DNA of 20,000 nt from NCBI GenBank assembly GCA_040882355.1, contig JBBEBM010000067.1, positions 44,835 to 64,834 of the forward strand, written 5' to 3'. This stretch comes from Dehalococcoidia bacterium. Its GTDB lineage: Bacteria > Chloroflexota > Dehalococcoidia > DSTF01 > RBG-16-68-14. The translations under genes were made by a program, and so were the position numbers. Positions 16,775 through 20,000 of the stretch are shown one piece after another. Under the pieces are notes generated by a model. The model worked only from the letters and a program-made list of their open reading frames with translations. It did no database searches and was not told the origin of the DNA. Position 1 is the stretch's first letter; each line of letters starts with the position of its first letter.

Positions 16775-17911
16775 CTAGGACGGAGCGCTCTGTCCCAACA
16801 CGCGCTGGTCTTCGTCCCGCCAGGCCGCCTCCGTCAGCGCCATCAGGCCCCCGGCGACGAGTGAGTGCCCGCCGAAGGTCACGGGAAGCGGCGCCTCTCG
16901 GGCGGCCTGCGTCAGCTCGCGCAGGAAGGGGTCTTCGATCCGCTCCGGACAACCCAGGTCCGACCAGAAGCGGTCGGCCCGCGACGCCTGCACGCCCAGG
17001 TGCGAGAGCAGCGGTCGGGTATCGATGCAGGCGATGTCGCCCAGCTCCGCCAGCGCTTCGAAGAAGCGGCGGCAGCCCACCTCGCGCAGGTGGAAGGAGA
17101 GGAGCGAACGCGCCAGGCCGGTTTCGTCGCGACCGGCCGCCTGCATGCCGCGCTCTTCCGAGTAGACGCGCAGGCGGCACGCCGTCTCCTTCTCCAGGTG
17201 CGACCACACTTGGCTGCCGACGCGGCCCGACAGCAGCACCTCGGCGTTCGGGTCGACGAGGGAGAGCAGCAGGCGGCGGTACGGCTCGAGATCGGCCTCG
17301 AAGTCATCGAGGAATCGGGTCAGGCCAGGGCCGGCGCCGCCGGTGAGCTTGAGGATTGCCAGGTCGGCCGGCGAATCGATGTTGAACTGGGTCGCGCTGG
17401 AGCGCGGAAGCGGGCTGCTCTCCAGGCCCGCCTGATCGTGCAGCAGGCGCGGCAGGAAGTTGTCGCTCGCCGGGAGCTTGATGCGCTCCAGGGCGTCACC
17501 CGGCGTGAAGGCTACGAGGTCCGCTGAGAAGTAGTTGTTGCTGATGACGACGGCGTCGGCCCCGGCGAGATGGTGCGCGACCGCGGCGATGTCGGAGCCG
17601 CGCAGCAGCGGCACAGCGCCCGCGCCGGCGTAGACCGGCCGAACGAGGGCGCGCTCTCGAACGAGCGCGGCCAGCCGCCGGCCGAAGTGAAACGGCTCGC
17701 GGTCGACGTCGAGGGCCACACCCGCAGGCAGCCGGTCGGCGATCGCGGCGGCGTTGTCCGTAACCAGCACGGCTTCGGCGAACGCGCCGGTGGCGAGGGC
17801 CTCGTCGAGCAGGTCGAGCGCCGCTTCGGCGAGGGCGCGGCCAAGCTGGTCTTCGATGGCGCTGCCGCGCATCCCGCCCAGGAAGACGACGAGTGCGGGC
17901 GCGTCTGGCAC
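16775..17911 (-). CDS. Conserved hypothetical protein with CofC/nucleotidyltransferase-like N-terminal domain
   Basis: Coding-like frame from GTG 17911 (VPDAPALVVFLGG); motifs VLVTD, FHFGRRL and NIDSPADL, the last resembling the CofC DxDxPxDL motif. Confidence 0.6.
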   Translation of the reverse strand: MPDAPALVVFLGGMRGSAIEDQLGRALAEAALDLLDEALATGAFAEAVLVTDNAAAIADRLPAGVALDVDREPFHFGRRLAALVRERALVRPVYAGAGAVPLLRGSDIAAVAHHLAGADAVVISNNYFSADLVAFTPGDALERIKLPASDNFLPRLLHDQAGLESSPLPRSSATQFNIDSPADLAILKLTGGAGPGLTRFLDDFEADLEPYRRLLLSLVDPNAEVLLSGRVGSQVWSHLEKETACRLRVYSEERGMQAAGRDETGLARSLLSFHLREVGCRRFFEALAELGDIACIDTRPLLSHLGVQASRADRFWSDLGCPERIEDPFLRELTQAAREAPLPVTFGGHSLVAGGLMALTEAAWRDEDQRVLGQSAPS

Positions 17912-17936
17912 AGGGGGTATCCTGACGAGGGTCTCG

Positions 17937-18887
17937 TTACGCGTGAACGGGGGCGCGCTCGCGAAGCTGCTCGAGGCGCACCTTGGGGAGCAGGCGCTCC
18001 ACCTCTTCGCGGGTGCAGAGCTGGGTGCCCGGCGAGAGACAAGAGGCGGCGCCGGCGGCGGTGCCCCAACGCAGGCCTTCCTCGAGACTCGCGCCCTCCT
18101 CCAGCTTGAGCAGCATGCCGGCCAGAAGCGCATCGCCGGCGCCGACAGCGCTGGCCACCACCGTCTCCGGCGGCCAGGCCCACCATGCGCCTTCCTTTGA
18201 GACAGCAACGGCGCCGCGGCCGCCAGCGGTGATCACGGCAGCGTCCGCGCCGTCCCGCATCTCCTCGGCGGCCAGCACGACGTCGCTATCCTCGTCCAGG
18301 TCCCGGCCAAGTAGCCGTTCCGCCTCGTGATGGTTCGCCTTCACCAACTCCGGACGCGCGCCGAGGCCCGCTCGAAGCGCGTCGGCATCCGCGTCGACCA
18401 CCGTGTGCGCGCCGAGCTGGCGCCCGAGCTCGACGAGCTGGCCGTACTCGCCGGCCTCGATGGGCGGCGGAATGCTCCCGGCCATGACCAACCAGTCGCC
18501 CTCCGAGAGGTAGCGCCGCAGCCGCGTCTCCAGCGTCTGGACGTGACGCGGGTCGATGGTCGGTCCGCGATAGCTGAGCACGGTGGTCTCGTGGATGCTG
18601 TCGTCGACGACGGTGAGGTTGGTGCGGGTCTGGCCGCGCGTGTGGACGAAGTCGCACAGGATCCCCATGTCGAGCAGCGAGTGCTCGATGAAGCGGCCCA
18701 GGCTGCCGGGCGCGAGTCCGGTCGCAAGGCTCTCGCGGCCCAGCTCGCGGAGCACCCGCGAGACGTTGATCCCCTTACCGCCCGGGTCGATCCTGCTGTC
18801 GCGCACGCGGTTGGTATCGCCGGGCGAGAACCGGTCCAGCACGAGGGTCTGGTCGACGGCGGGGTTGAGCGTGACGGTGACGATCAC
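17937..18887 (-). CDS. 1-phosphofructokinase family (PfkB) sugar kinase
   Basis: VTLNPAVD, GGKGINVS, TRTN, GSIPP and SAVGAGDA motifs. Confidence 0.92.
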   Translation of the reverse strand: MIVTVTLNPAVDQTLVLDRFSPGDTNRVRDSRIDPGGKGINVSRVLRELGRESLATGLAPGSLGRFIEHSLLDMGILCDFVHTRGQTRTNLTVVDDSIHETTVLSYRGPTIDPRHVQTLETRLRRYLSEGDWLVMAGSIPPPIEAGEYGQLVELGRQLGAHTVVDADADALRAGLGARPELVKANHHEAERLLGRDLDEDSDVVLAAEEMRDGADAAVITAGGRGAVAVSKEGAWWAWPPETVVASAVGAGDALLAGMLLKLEEGASLEEGLRWGTAAGAASCLSPGTQLCTREEVERLLPKVRLEQLRERAPVHA

Positions 18888-19450
18888 GAGAGCTCCGGGA
18901 TGATCAGCGTGTAGTCGCCGTCCTGGCGCCGCTGGAGCAAGGCGAACTGGCGGCCGTCGTCCTCCAGAAAGAGGAAGTGGTCTTCGCTCGTGAGGCCCAT
19001 CTGTTCGACCGCCTCGTCGACGGTCATCGGCTTAACCGAAACGTGGCGCACCTCGGCGATCTTGTCGAGCGTTCCTTCCTCCCTGTCGTCGGCGACTGCG
19101 ACGCCTTCCGTCTCCGCCGACGCCTTCGATGCCTGGTTGCGCGCGCGGCCGTAGAGGCGCTCCTTGTGACGTTGCGCCTGGCGCGCGAGCACGTGGGCGG
19201 CCTGGTCGACCGCCGTCTCCAATCGCGAAGCGCGCTCCTCGGCGCGCAGGTGGACGCCATTGCCGCTCACCGCGGCGCGCACGACGTAACGCTGGTCCGG
19301 CTCCTTGGTCGGCTCGTGCCAGACATCGGCCTCTACCATGGCATCGCGGAGCGCCGGCAGGTAGTGGTCGAGCTTGCCCAGTTTTGTACGCGCGCGGTCC
19401 TCGATGTCCGCGGGGACCTCGAAGTGCTTCCCCCTCACCGTGACTTCCAT
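18884..19450 (-). CDS. hpf: Long-form ribosome hibernation promoting factor
   Basis: MEVTVRGKHFEV...LRAEE...AVD...RHKER, plus C-terminal KPMTVDEAVEQM...YTLI domain. Confidence 0.9.
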   Translation of the reverse strand: MEVTVRGKHFEVPADIEDRARTKLGKLDHYLPALRDAMVEADVWHEPTKEPDQRYVVRAAVSGNGVHLRAEERASRLETAVDQAAHVLARQAQRHKERLYGRARNQASKASAETEGVAVADDREEGTLDKIAEVRHVSVKPMTVDEAVEQMGLTSEDHFLFLEDDGRQFALLQRRQDGDYTLIIPELS

Positions 19451-19478
19451 AAACGCCTCTCTGTCGCGTGGTAGCTCG

Positions 19479-19507
19479 ATTGTAGGGTAGCACCAAGGGA
19501 GCGGCAA
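19479..19507 (-). promoter_or_regulatory. Promoter for hpf-pfkB
   Basis: TTGCCG-N17-TACAAT on the minus strand. Confidence 0.6.
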
Positions 19508-19515
19508 ACGCAGGC

Positions 19516-19548
19516 GGGCGAACCCTTCAGAGGATGAAGGGTTCGCCC
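19516..19548. terminator. Perfect 14-bp stem-loop, probable terminator of the LPxTG gene
   Basis: GGGCGAACCCTTCA-gagga-TGAAGGGTTCGCCC; no strong U tract. Confidence 0.55.
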
Positions 19549-19578
19549 TAAAGGACAACGTGGTCTCGTGGTGACCCG

Positions 19579-20000
19579 CTAGCTCGCGCGCCTGCGGCGC
19601 CAGTAGGCCACCGCGACGAGGGCCGCGCCCAGGCCGGCCATCCCCGCCAGCACGTACAGGCTGCCACCCGTTGTCGGGCTACCGTCGCCGGTGGTTGGCA
19701 GGCCGCTCACTTCGCGGAAGCGTGTGGGCGACGGCTCCACCACTGTCGGCTCGACGGTCGAGAACGGCGTCTCGGTCGGAGTGGCCGTCGGCGTGCGCGT
19801 CGGGTCGACGGTCTCCGTCGGCGTGGCTGTCGGGGTGTCGGTCGGCGTGTCCGTCGGCGTGCTGGTGGGCGTGTTCGTCGGCGTACTGGTCGGCGTGTTG
19901 GTCGGCGTACTGGTCGGCGTGTTGGTCGGGGTGCTCGTCGGCGTGTTGGTCGGGGTGGTCGTCGGCGTGTCGGTCGGCGTCGGCGTAGGCGTATAGGTAG
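19579..20000 (-). CDS. C-terminus of a Pro/Thr-repeat surface protein with LPxTG sorting signal (5' truncated)
   Basis: (TPTN/TPTS/TPTD)n...SGLPTTGDG...LYVLAGMAGLGAALVAVAYWRRRRAS*: LPxTG motif, hydrophobic helix and basic tail. Confidence 0.82.
   Translation of the reverse strand, partial: TYTPTPTPTDTPTTTPTNTPTSTPTNTPTSTPTNTPTSTPTNTPTSTPTDTPTDTPTATPTETVDPTRTPTATPTETPFSTVEPTVVEPSPTRFREVSGLPTTGDGSPTTGGSLYVLAGMAGLGAALVAVAYWRRRRAS
19816..19990 (-). repeat. 12-bp tandem coding repeat (TPTx)
   Basis: GTCGGCGTNNNG units repeated about 13 times. Confidence 0.85.

Noticed and set aside
17912..18208. N-terminal extension of the 477-aa ORF
   Set aside because: It overlaps pfkB in another frame and has non-coding-like composition.
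19816..19990. Possible CRISPR array
   Set aside because: These are 12-bp tandem coding repeats without unique spacers, and no cas genes are present.
19691..19996. Plus-strand Val/Gly-repeat ORF (VGVLVGV)
   Set aside because: It is the antisense shadow of the TPTx repeat in the minus-strand LPxTG gene.

Overview
High-GC bacterial window, probably Chloroflexota (Dehalococcoidia-like); this is inferred from gene style, not verified. The left part holds accessory genes: the end of a CitE-like lyase, a chimeric cyclase fragment, a GNAT acetyltransferase, a sulfatase and a membrane-anchored hypothetical. A long minus-strand housekeeping run follows: LPxTG protein, hpf, pfkB, CofC-like gene, GT-C glycosyltransferase, glyA, rpsF-ssb-rpsR, PPIase, hom, a coiled-coil gene, thrC and a VOC protein. 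The run is interrupted by a complete 2,502-bp IS1-family element (12577-15078) with perfect 18-bp terminal inverted repeats and a 7/8 target duplication. The element carries a three-gene cassette: a RelE/HigB-like toxin, an Xre antitoxin with a long disordered tail, and a DUF3467-like protein. This layout resembles toxin-antitoxin-chaperone systems but has a non-SecB third gene. The second main lead is a 16-codon leader peptide with tandem GGA-GGA Gly codons and a terminator/antiterminator pair upstream of glyA, a candidate ribosome-mediated attenuator. All family calls come from reading motifs by eye; no searches were run.
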